Below are positions 1 through 8,500 of a stretch of DNA of 19,124 nucleotides, one piece after another. Position numbers and translations under genes: made by a program. Location: the IMG/VR virus record IMGVR_UViG_2695420427_000009. One strand, written 5' to 3'. The DNA is from a virus (taxonomy: Duplodnaviria > Heunggongvirae > Uroviricota > Caudoviricetes). Position 1 is the stretch's first letter. The number at the start of each line of letters is the position of its first letter. The notes beneath the pieces are model-generated. The model did no database searches. It was not told the DNA's origin and was given only the letters and a program-made list of their open reading frames with translations.

Positions 1-105
1 TCCGTTATTGTGTTCTGTTAGTTTGTGCCTAAGTTAACGCGTTATTAGTTATCTTATTCTCAAATTGTGTTACGATAATCCGAGCGGATAATCAGGAGAG
101 GAAAG

Positions 106-2001
106 ATGAGCAAAGTAAAAATCGGTGAATTAATAAACTCACTTGTTAGCGATGTTGAGTCAATAGATAACTCTGACCGTCCTCAAGGGGAGAAAACAAA
201 AAAAATAAAGGCTGTTGCATTAAAATTTAAAAATGCATTATTTAATGACAAGCGAAAGTTTAGGGGGAAAGGATTAGAAAAAAGAATTACAGCCAACACA
301 TTCAATGCCTATATGAGCAGGGCCAGAAAACGGTTTGATGATAAACTTCATCATAGCTTTGAAAAAAATATACATCGCCTATCTGAAAAGTATCCTTTAT
401 ATAATGAGGAGCTATTGTCATGGCTTTCTCTACCTGCTGCCGATATTCGCCAGAGAATGTCAGCTTTACAGGCAAAATTAAAATTAATTCTCCCTCTATC
501 AGAAGATTTATCTAATATCAGAATTGGCGATAACAAAAGTCATAATAAGTTATTGAAATTATCAAATAAATATAAAGAGTGGCAATTCGCCATTTCTGAT
601 TTAACTAGCGATAACTGGAAAGATAAGCGCGATTATTTATATAAATTACTACAGCAAGGATCTGCCTTACTTGAGGAGTTGAATCAGCTAAAAGTTAACC
701 ATGAGATTCTCTATCATCTTCAACTAAGCCCTGCCGAACGTGCATCTATCCAGCAACGATGGGCGGACGTTCTGCACAATAAGAAACGTAACGTGGTGGT
801 CATTGATTACCCTAAATATATGCAAGCTATTTACGATATTATAAATAGCCCTGCTACATTAAATAATCTAAACACTCGTTCAGGTATGGCTCCTTTGGCA
901 TTTGCACTTGCTGCATTGTCAGGAAGACGAATGATTGAGATTATGTATCAAGGTACATTTACTGTTTCTGGTAAGTATACCGTTGATTTTTTAGGCCAAG
1001 CTAAAAAAAGAACTTCTGATGATATAACCAGAAAAATATATACATTATGCGAAGCAAAAACATTTGTTTATTTAATAAATGTACTTCGCTCATGCCCAGC
1101 AGCATCTGATTTTGATGATGTCGTTAAAGGTTATGGAGATAACGACACACGCTCTGAAAACGGACGTATTAATGCCATATTAGCAAAGGCTTTTAACCCG
1201 TGGGTTAAATCATTTTTCAAAGATGACCGCCGTGTTTATAAAGATAGTCGTGCTATTTATGCCCGTATTGCGTATGAAATGTTTTTCCGCGTAGATCCTC
1301 GTTGGAAAAACGTAGATGAAGATGTTTTCTTTATGGAAATTTTAGGCCATGACGATGAAAACACTCAATTACACTATAAGCAATTCAAGCTGGCCAACTT
1401 CTCAAAGACATGGAGGCCAAATACTGGAAACGAAAATACCAGGCTGGAAGCATTGCAGCAGCTTGATGACGAAATGCCTGGATTCGCCAGAGGAGATGCC
1501 GGGGTTCGTCTGCATAACACAGTTAAGCAGCTGGTAGAGCAGGACCCCTCTATAAAAATCACGAACAGCACTCTAAGAGCGTTCAAATTTAGCCCAACAA
1601 TGATTAGTCGATACCTGGAATTTGCTGCTGATGCTCTGGGGCAATTTGTTGGCGAAAACGGACAATGGCAACTGAAAATAGATACTCCAGAAATCGTTAT
1701 GCCTGACGAAGAAGAACTGGAAGCAATACCTGAACTGGCGGATGAATTATCAGAGGATGACGATCTGGATGACGACGAAATTGAGATAGAGGAAGAGGAA
1801 GAGGAAGATAGCGTAGAAGAACAGCAACCGCCTGCACCTTCTTCGCCTGTATCTAAGCCGGTATTTAAGCCGGTGAGAAATATTGGTGATGGCTCATACG
1901 TTGTTGAGTTTCATTATAATGGCCAGAATTATGCGTGGTCCGGCAGTGCAAACAGCCCCATGTCAGCAATGCAGTTAGCATGGCTGACATATTTCGGTTA
2001 A
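106..2001 (+). CDS. telN: Protelomerase (telomere resolvase) TelN, 631 aa
   Basis: Long ORF preceded by RBS caggagagg; length and sequence strongly resemble N15 TelN as I recall it; acidic DE-rich C-terminal region typical of this family. Confidence 0.9.
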   Translation: MSKVKIGELINSLVSDVESIDNSDRPQGEKTKKIKAVALKFKNALFNDKRKFRGKGLEKRITANTFNAYMSRARKRFDDKLHHSFEKNIHRLSEKYPLYNEELLSWLSLPAADIRQRMSALQAKLKLILPLSEDLSNIRIGDNKSHNKLLKLSNKYKEWQFAISDLTSDNWKDKRDYLYKLLQQGSALLEELNQLKVNHEILYHLQLSPAERASIQQRWADVLHNKKRNVVVIDYPKYMQAIYDIINSPATLNNLNTRSGMAPLAFALAALSGRRMIEIMYQGTFTVSGKYTVDFLGQAKKRTSDDITRKIYTLCEAKTFVYLINVLRSCPAASDFDDVVKGYGDNDTRSENGRINAILAKAFNPWVKSFFKDDRRVYKDSRAIYARIAYEMFFRVDPRWKNVDEDVFFMEILGHDDENTQLHYKQFKLANFSKTWRPNTGNENTRLEALQQLDDEMPGFARGDAGVRLHNTVKQLVEQDPSIKITNSTLRAFKFSPTMISRYLEFAADALGQFVGENGQWQLKIDTPEIVMPDEEELEAIPELADELSEDDDLDDDEIEIEEEEEEDSVEEQQPPAPSSPVSKPVFKPVRNIGDGSYVVEFHYNGQNYAWSGSANSPMSAMQLAWLTYFG

Positions 2002-2012
2002 AGCATACAGTA

Positions 2013-2036
2013 AAGGCACCGAATTAACGGTGCCTT
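2013..2036. terminator. Hairpin between convergent telN and ant operon (AAGGCACCG-aattaa-CGGTGCCTT), probable bidirectional terminator
   Basis: Perfect 9-bp stem with 6-nt loop, 12 nt after the telN stop, followed by a U/G-rich tract gttgtgtg; sits between convergent genes. Confidence 0.4.
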
Positions 2037-2172
2037 GTTGTGTGACCTACCTCGCCTGCCCCCTGCAAAGGGCAGAAGTAACGGAGGAAACGCGGCTGCA
2101 ACCACAGACATCACCGCCCCGACTGCGAGGCTTCCCTTCTCTAAGAAGGGCATAAATTCGGGCTGGTCAACC

Positions 2173-2955
2173 CTATTTATTGGTGATTTCTGCTGGCTTT
2201 AGCTGCGCGGATAACTGCTCAAGTTTTTGAACTGCCAGTTCAAAATGCGCGGGTAACGCCTTTTCCAGATCAGAGTTAATATCGGTGATGGGTAAATCAC
2301 CACACGACATACTCCGCCTACCCCCACGAACAACATCACGCAACAACTCTCGTTCATACGTGCGCATGTTCCCCAATGCCGACTCAGCAGCCGTCAAAAT
2401 CCGGCGCAGTTCTGCCGTAATTGCTGGCAAATCATCAACCGTTATGGGGTTCGGGGATGGATTACGACACGCCCGACGCAAAGCTAACCATACACCGCTA
2501 ATCCAGGCATTTCGGTACTGAAAACTTTGTGCTATATCGTTAATCAGCCCTCGCAGATACTCTTTCTGCCTCCAGTTCAACGGCTCCGCTGCTCGCATTG
2601 GCTCAGGCTCGATGTAAACGTACTCTCCATTTTTGCGAATAGAGGGCAAGACTTCGTTCGTTACCCATTTGCGAAACCGCCAAGCTGTTGTGCCTTGCTT
2701 CACCGCGTCACGGCAGCGGAGGATCAGGGTGTATAGACCTGACTCTGAAATAATATTTAGCTTTTGCTCTCCGCCAGGGGTGTAACTTAAAGTTACACCC
2801 TTTTCATCCTCATCCAGAGACATTAGCGCCTTCCGGGAATTAACGAGTCTTAAAGCATCACATACATCCTTAGCCACAAACCACGGCTCACCGTTAATCA
2901 TCACTACACGAACCTGATGCTCTTCCTGAAAGGAAAAGACTGCTAACGCGCTCAT
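2173..2955 (-). CDS. BRO-N domain protein, antirepressor-like (260 aa)
   Basis: N-terminus FSFQEEHQVRVVMINGEPWFVAKDVCDALRL...EKGV...GGEQKLNIISESGLYTLIL...WVTNEVLPSIRKNG is a typical BRO-N / P22 Ant N-terminal-like domain; start overlaps the stop of the upstream ORF (operon). Confidence 0.75.
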   Translation of the reverse strand: MSALAVFSFQEEHQVRVVMINGEPWFVAKDVCDALRLVNSRKALMSLDEDEKGVTLSYTPGGEQKLNIISESGLYTLILRCRDAVKQGTTAWRFRKWVTNEVLPSIRKNGEYVYIEPEPMRAAEPLNWRQKEYLRGLINDIAQSFQYRNAWISGVWLALRRACRNPSPNPITVDDLPAITAELRRILTAAESALGNMRTYERELLRDVVRGGRRSMSCGDLPITDINSDLEKALPAHFELAVQKLEQLSAQLKPAEITNK

Positions 2956-3185
2956 TCAGCCTCCTTATCGCGCAGCAAGTGCGACGAGAGAGACGCAGAA
3001 TATCCCTGTGCTTCATGCGTTAACTCACACGCAATCTGCAGAAGTTTTCCAGCCTCTGAGAGGTAAATCGACGCCTCACAACTGGAGACTGTCCGATGGG
3101 CTGATGATACGAGCGCATAGACCTGAGCCAGACGTTCATCCAACGATTCCAGCAGGCCAACAGTGTTCATTTTTACCTGATTCAT
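2952..3185 (-). CDS. Hypothetical protein, 77 aa, middle gene of ant operon
   Basis: ORF translationally coupled at both ends (its ATG overlaps the stop of the Icd-like ORF; its stop overlaps the start of the BRO-N ORF); no recognisable motif. Confidence 0.5.
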   Translation of the reverse strand: MNQVKMNTVGLLESLDERLAQVYALVSSAHRTVSSCEASIYLSEAGKLLQIACELTHEAQGYSASLSSHLLRDKEAE

Positions 3186-3346
3186 GCAGCCACCTCGCGC
3201 ACCGGAATACGGGCAGACAATACCAGGACAAACCGGCTGGCGAACTGGCGACGAGCTTCCCGTTCAGATGACGCGATAGTGGAAAGATGATGAATGTGGG
3301 ACTTTTTGTCTGTGCGAACGACTGCCGCAAATTTGAATTTGAACAT
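3182..3346 (-). CDS. Icd-like small protein (54 aa), candidate cell-division inhibitor
   Basis: Hand-translated ORF MFKFKFAAVVRTDKKSHIHHLSTIASSEREARRQFASRFVLVLSARIPVREVAA, below the ORF-track length cutoff; GGAG RBS 9 nt upstream; stop overlaps ATG of next gene (ATGA); the F.F.AV.R...EREARR...F.L...AR.PV pattern matches my recollection of P1 Icd-like proteins. Confidence 0.5.
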   Translation of the reverse strand: MFKFKFAAVVRTDKKSHIHHLSTIASSEREARRQFASRFVLVLSARIPVREVAA

Positions 3347-3512
3347 GGTATGCACTCCGTTTTATTGGTCGTGCTACCACCAGAGTTGCGAATCTCTTTA
3401 TTGGTGGTAGCCCAGGCGGGGTTCGCAATACCGGTAAACGAAGAAACCGGCCCGACCGAAGTCAGCCCCACCTGAGCCACCATAATTCGGATATGCGCAG
3501 GTCTATACACAC

Positions 3513-3589
3513 AAAAAAACACGCTGGCGCGTGTTGTGCGCTTCGTTTTGCCAGGATTGCGAAGTCCCGACTGCGGGATTTACCGCAGC
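3513..3589 (-). ncRNA. Candidate c4/CA-like small regulatory RNA upstream of the Icd-like / antirepressor operon (~77 nt)
   Basis: Minus strand: promoter-like TTGACG-N18-TAAAGT, then a short transcript with three hairpins (CTGCGG-uaaauc-CCGCAG; CUUCG with a 14-nt loop; CACGC-gcca-GCGTG) ending in a U7 run, a canonical intrinsic terminator; loop sequence UUCGCAAU is complementary to AUUGCGAA in the downstream mRNA leader. Boundaries approximate. Confidence 0.4.
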
Positions 3590-3595
3590 GAGGTG

Positions 3596-3625
3596 ACTTT
3601 ACCTCCAAAACGACGCACACGTCAA
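3596..3625 (-). promoter_or_regulatory. Putative sigma70 promoter of the small RNA / ant operon (-35 TTGACG, -10 TAAAGT, 18-bp spacer)
   Basis: Read by eye on the minus strand; hexamer matches 5/6 and 4/6. Confidence 0.3.
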
Positions 3626-3645
3626 TAATTTGCAAAGACATTTTA

Positions 3646-3665
3646 CCCCGTGACCAGTCACGGGG
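3646..3665. repeat. Perfect 20-bp palindrome CCCCGTGAC-ca-GTCACGGGG (copy 1 of palindrome family B)
   Basis: 9-bp perfect arms, 2-bp centre; lies between the lipoprotein gene stop and the ant-operon promoter; core GTGAC-NN-GTCAC recurs at 8917 and 14851. Confidence 0.6.
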
Positions 3666-3726
3666 ACAGGTGTTTTTATAGTTTGCTTGAACAAACGATC
3701 AGAACATGAACAATGTTATTGTTCCG

Positions 3727-4539
3727 TTATAAGAAAGCCTCACGCGAACGGAACACCCACTCTAGCTGTACTGGATAAATTTCTCCCGTTTTAATATTTA
3801 TTAGGCGCGCGGCTAATAACTCACCCATAAAAACCTGAGTTTTATGGCTCATATCTGACGGGTTAAAAATAGTAGGTGATGTTATATCAATATGATTACT
3901 GCTTAACCCATTTATCTTTGCTAAATATTCAATTCTAAGGTCTTTTACATTAACATCTTTTGGTATTTGTCCTTTTATATCAATATCTGCCCATATTGTT
4001 TCAGGGTTCCCTTCATTTATTTGTGTACTACCAAAGATAATTTCGGCACCTAAAGTATTTAACACTTCTACATCAGCAGATATTCCAAAAGCATTAGCAC
4101 CAACATAGCTTCCATGCTTTGTTATTTCAGAGGAATCGACATGAAAACCATACCATCCAGACATATCTCGAGATGTTATCACGCTATCACTACCGCTATT
4201 CTCAACAAAATCACGGTTAAGATATGTTCCTGAGTATGTGATACTTCTAGGGATAGACAAACCTTGAGATGTTAAAACGTTGTTGTATGGCGCGTATGTT
4301 AATGAGTGAACGACATATCCACGCCATGAACCATCATCTATCTTTGATGCAATAATTCTATTAAATTCCTTACCTGTGAGTATTTTGCTGCTAAAATCAC
4401 CAACAGAGTTGATAGGTACTCTTTTTTCTTTTTCGAATTTATACTCAACGTCCGTTGATGCCTTATTATCATATTGATAAGTGCATCCAGATAATAACAA
4501 GATAGAGAGTAATAAAGCTGTTGTTTTTTTGTTACGCAT
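3727..4539 (-). CDS. Lipoprotein of unknown function (270 aa), AT-rich moron
   Basis: N-terminus MRNKKTTALLLSILLLSGC is a signal peptide with lipobox LSGC; mature part is Ser/Thr/Gly/Tyr-rich; the gene is visibly more AT-rich than its flanks. Confidence 0.8.
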   Translation of the reverse strand: MRNKKTTALLLSILLLSGCTYQYDNKASTDVEYKFEKEKRVPINSVGDFSSKILTGKEFNRIIASKIDDGSWRGYVVHSLTYAPYNNVLTSQGLSIPRSITYSGTYLNRDFVENSGSDSVITSRDMSGWYGFHVDSSEITKHGSYVGANAFGISADVEVLNTLGAEIIFGSTQINEGNPETIWADIDIKGQIPKDVNVKDLRIEYLAKINGLSSNHIDITSPTIFNPSDMSHKTQVFMGELLAARLINIKTGEIYPVQLEWVFRSREAFL

Positions 4540-4628
4540 AATATTAACTTAACCTATTTGATTAATAATATGTTATTCCATTAAATAAAATATGCCGAGA
4601 ACGGTTTAACTTGAACAGTCATCACTAT

Positions 4629-5024
4629 TCAATCAACTTTTTTAGCATCAGCCATACGCTTCAACCAGTAATCAACAATCGGCTGCTCATCCACAGAATG
4701 TTTACCAGGTATAACTCGCCAGCTATCTTGCGAAAATCTGCCGTACTTACGCGGGAATAGGCCTTTCTTTATCTCCCGCCATGTACTAGGAAAACCATCC
4801 ACAAAAGTACCAATTAACAGGAGAGGGACAAAAATCAGAGCTACAAACCATCGTGCAAGAAAGTGTTCAACAACAACATTTTCACCGTTGTAGTAATACG
4901 CATACGCATCCAATATGCGAATTTTCCTTACCTTAAAAATAGCCTTATGTTGAGAACGACTTAACTTGATACGAATGTATCCCTTATCCAAAGGGGATTC
5001 GTATTTGTATGATTGAACAGCCAT
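4629..5024 (-). CDS. Hypothetical membrane protein (131 aa from ATG at 5024; ORF track extends to a GTG at 5036)
   Basis: One predicted TM helix (WFVALIFVPLLLIGTFV); GGGG RBS-like motif upstream of the ATG; follows the 108-aa ORF on the same strand with a 2-nt gap. Confidence 0.6.
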   Translation of the reverse strand: MAVQSYKYESPLDKGYIRIKLSRSQHKAIFKVRKIRILDAYAYYYNGENVVVEHFLARWFVALIFVPLLLIGTFVDGFPSTWREIKKGLFPRKYGRFSQDSWRVIPGKHSVDEQPIVDYWLKRMADAKKVD

Positions 5025-5026
5025 TT

Positions 5027-5353
5027 TTAACCCCACTCACCATCAGCAAACAAAGCGTTATACTCTGACAATGGTAGACGGTTGCCCTCGATGTAGAGAT
5101 TCAGTTCATACTTCGTCTCCGGGTTTTCCTTGTCGGCTCGTTCCCAACGCTCAGCAGCCTCACGCGCCAATAATTCCACTGCTTTCAGATAATCCTCCGT
5201 ACGGAACCAGCCAAAGATAAGGCCACGATCTGTTACAGCCCAGGCAAACTTTTTTTCTTCCTCCTGGATAGCCTTAATGCGTCGATCGCATTCATCCCGG
5301 CAAAACTGCAGCTGACGGTAATCAAGTTTGTCCAAAAATGCAGTAGTAGACAT
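5027..5353 (-). CDS. Hypothetical protein, 108 aa
   Basis: ORF with GGGGAG RBS 7 nt upstream of the ATG; same strand as and downstream of repA. Confidence 0.65.
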   Translation of the reverse strand: MSTTAFLDKLDYRQLQFCRDECDRRIKAIQEEEKKFAWAVTDRGLIFGWFRTEDYLKAVELLAREAAERWERADKENPETKYELNLYIEGNRLPLSEYNALFADGEWG

Positions 5354-5357
5354 ATTT

Positions 5358-5549
5358 TTACTCCCCGTTCACCGAAAAATCACGATAGAAACGTTTCCAC
5401 ATACGATAAGTCTGCGCGAGTTGTTCACCACGAAACATCGCCTTCCTGGCCTTCATGTTTTCCTTGTGAGACTTTCGATCTATGAACCAAAACCATTGCT
5501 GGAACACACAAAGCAAGAGACACAAAGATAATATCCACTGATTACCCAT
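5358..5549 (-). CDS. Putative small single-TM protein (63 aa), possibly coupled to repA
   Basis: In-frame ATG 2 nt after the repA stop codon gives MGNQWILSLCLLLCVFQQWFWFIDRKSHKEN..., a hydrophobic helix plus basic tail; the longer 102-aa form in the ORF track would overlap repA by about 125 nt. Confidence 0.35.
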   Translation of the reverse strand: MGNQWILSLCLLLCVFQQWFWFIDRKSHKENMKARKAMFRGEQLAQTYRMWKRFYRDFSVNGE

Positions 5550-8500
5550 AGAAAGCGCCCTGCTCTTCGTAGCTGCATGGGCTATTCCCGGTAATGTATT
5601 CACGTAACCGCCGCAGTTCATTGCTGGATAAGTGATCCATGAACTCTGTGAGGTACAGAGATGCAAACGTCATAGCTATGCTAGCTGATGACCATGATGA
5701 CATAGTGGCCAGCTCCTCACCGGAAAGCGCACTCATCGCCCAGGACTCAGGTACAACCACTGGCAACACAGCCAAAGCCTCAGAAATTACTGAATGAGGG
5801 GCGTTTTGAACCTGCTCGTTTGTGGATCGCGTTTTATCATCCATATATATATTGAGATCCAAATCGCGATCCATTTCGATGGCGGTCTTCTCGGCTTTAC
5901 GCGTTTTCAGGGTTAGGCCATCTTTCTGACGCTGAGCAAGAATATCCAGCATAAATGCCGCTGATTCAGGCTCAACAAAACGCAAGGTTGGACGCTTATC
6001 GCCGTCTCTGCCGCGACGTTTACCTGTTTTAAGGCCAAGAGAGTCGCAAATGTTTTTAAACAACGCTTCCGGCACTTTAGGCTTCCCTTTTGGCGTCATA
6101 AAACCACCAATGTGCAGAACGTTATTCAACAGGTCACGGCGTTCGGCTGTCATGAGGTTATCTCGAGCAAATTTGAGACGCTCCTGAGTCGCCTCGCCGG
6201 TCATAGTCTCAGGGTTGATACCGCAGTCGATAAAGTACTGCCGGAGAGTTGCTGATTTAAGCGCATAGAAACCGCGCGCCCCGACTTCAACAGTAGGAGT
6301 AGCTTTTACCTTGTGATCGATTATTCCAGGGAATTTAGTTTTAAAGACATCATCAGCCTGCTCGCGAGTCATCGCGGTCACTACAAAATATTGCCACTGT
6401 CCCGCCTGACGGTATGCGTAGGTAAAATTGATGGCTGCTTCTTCCCGGTCGTAACGACGAGCTGTTACCTCATCTAAAAGCATTGTTTCATAGCGGCGAA
6501 CTTTGTCTCGAGCACCATCGAAATAGAATTTCAGCGTGCCTTCTTCAACCGGTAGTTTCAGTTCGTTTTCAATATCCCAGCGGACAAGTTTTGCCTGTTC
6601 TTCAAGCGTCAGCGCGCGTTTTTTTAGCAGTTCTTCACGCTCTGATTCTTGTGGAGTTTCTGTATTGAGATGCAGATCCAGTGTCTGTTCCCACACAATA
6701 TCCCGCGCTTCTTTACGCAGCTCTTTACCGATATCATTCGCAGCATAATCGGTGGCCAGCGGCGATACCTTATAACCGTCGCTGTGCATGATGCAGATCA
6801 TGTTGCTGGCGTAGTCGTTACGCGCAGTCGCTTCAATAGCGGCTGCTTTAATTTTCATCCTGGTAAAGTCGGTATTGGCCACCCCCATTGATATACGGTC
6901 GCCATCGAAAACGACATCCGTCAGTTCACCGTTCATACCTGCGGTAGCAAGCAATGCCTGGGCGAATGCTCGTTCTATTTTTTGCGGGTCAGTTTCACGT
7001 TTTGCACGAGCTTTATCAAAGCCGATAATAAATTCTTTTGCTGTACGGTCGCGGCGTAGCATTTGCACTGCGTCGCTGGGTACAACTTCACCACAGAACA
7101 TGCCGAAATGACGGTCAAAATGTTTTTGCTCAATCGACACGCCGGATGAAATAGACGGGCTATAAATCAGGCCGTCGTATTTTTTGACCATCTTTTTCGG
7201 TTGATTGGTAAATGCTTCAACTTCTGGCTCTGGTTTGTTTTTCTGGTTTACACACAGAAATTTCTTACCAGGAAAATGCATTCTCAGGGTGGCGGTCACA
7301 TCTTCTGCAAAGGTGGAGCTGTCGGTGGCCAACATGATTTTTTCGCCATTCGATACAGCTTTCACCACCTCGGTCATAATGCGATCTTTTTCTGTATAAA
7401 AAACCCGGATTGGCTCACCTGTTTCGCGGTTGCGAACATCAACAGGTAATTCAATTACGTGGATCTGCAGCCATGCCGGTAAACCTAGTTCTTCACGGCG
7501 TTTCATAGCCAGTTCAGCCAGGTCAACCAGCAGATCGTTCGCATCAGCATCCACCATTATTGGGTGTTGTTCCGTTCTGGCCAGCGCGTCAATTAACGTA
7601 TTGAATACAGCCACCGGGTTTTCCATAGCCCGACCGGAAAGAACGGCACGTAGCCCTTGCGTGGCCTCGTCAAAGCCAAAATAGTCGTGCTGGCGCATCA
7701 ATGGTTGCCAGCAGTTTTTAACAATCGAGTTTATGCAGATGGTCAGTTTACTGGCGTATGGAGCCATTTCCTGATAGCCAGGGTCCTGATAGTGCAGGAT
7801 ATCGGCTTTTACACCTTTTCCTTCTGTCATCATTTCCCACAGGCCACCAATAAGGGAAACACGGTGAGCAACAGAGATACCACGTTCTGAGCTATGCATT
7901 AAAGGTCGTAACAATCCAGTAGATTTGCCGGAACCCATACCAGCACGAACGATGACTATCCCCTGTAGTGATTGCACATACTTCAGGACGTCATCGGTCA
8001 TTACCGAAGTTTCAAAACGCTTATAGGTGATATGTTGAGGACGTTTATTGGGATCAGTTATTCGTTCGCTGAATGAGCGCGGAGCCTGGGCAATACGGCA
8101 CTTTTTATTCAGGCGACGGGCAATGTGGTCTTTTACCGTAGCGCGATAGATATTTTCCAGCCCAATTTCACGCAGGGCGATGCAGAACATGTTAAATAAG
8201 TCTGACGGACTGTTAGGAACCGGACAGGTTAGCATGCCAATATCCACTGCTCTCAGCAGCTCTTTGGCAAAAGTACGACGGTTATCCCGCTTAATTGTCT
8301 TCAGGCGGTTGAGCGTCAGAGATAGCAAATCAGTGCCAGTTTTCAGGCGGTTTGCAGTTGCAAACAGTTGACGTGCTGTTTCACGAAGTCCACGTAGTTT
8401 GTGCAGGTCGTTGAAGTCACTGCACTCCATTTGCGGATCGTCTTCAAAAGTTGGATAGACGCAGCGGACATCGTTGAATTTCGATAAGATTTCATAGCCA

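Noticed and set aside
35-44. TAACGCGTTA palindrome as the telomere-resolution site itself
   Set aside because: Only 10 bp, whereas the N15 telRL target is a ~56-bp palindrome; the flanks here are not symmetric. More likely an accessory repeat near tos than the cleavage site.
351-1586. Short ORFs inside telN on either strand (351-536 minus, 1349-1537 plus, 1374-1586 minus)
   Set aside because: Embedded in or antisense to the well-supported telN reading frame; no independent signals.
2285-2736. Plus-strand ORFs 2285-2521 and 2527-2736
   Set aside because: Antisense to the BRO-N domain gene, whose product has a clear domain signature; no RBS.
3136-3522. 128-aa minus-strand ORF from the six-frame track
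   Set aside because: Overlaps the Icd-like ORF in another frame and runs through the candidate small RNA and its terminator; the translation is Cys/Trp-rich and low-complexity, and its upstream region shows no RBS. Judged a spurious frame.
5358-5666. Long (102-aa) form of the post-repA small ORF
   Set aside because: Would overlap the repA C-terminal coding region by about 125 nt in another frame; the internal ATG at 5549, 2 nt past the repA stop, is the more plausible start and was reported instead at low confidence.
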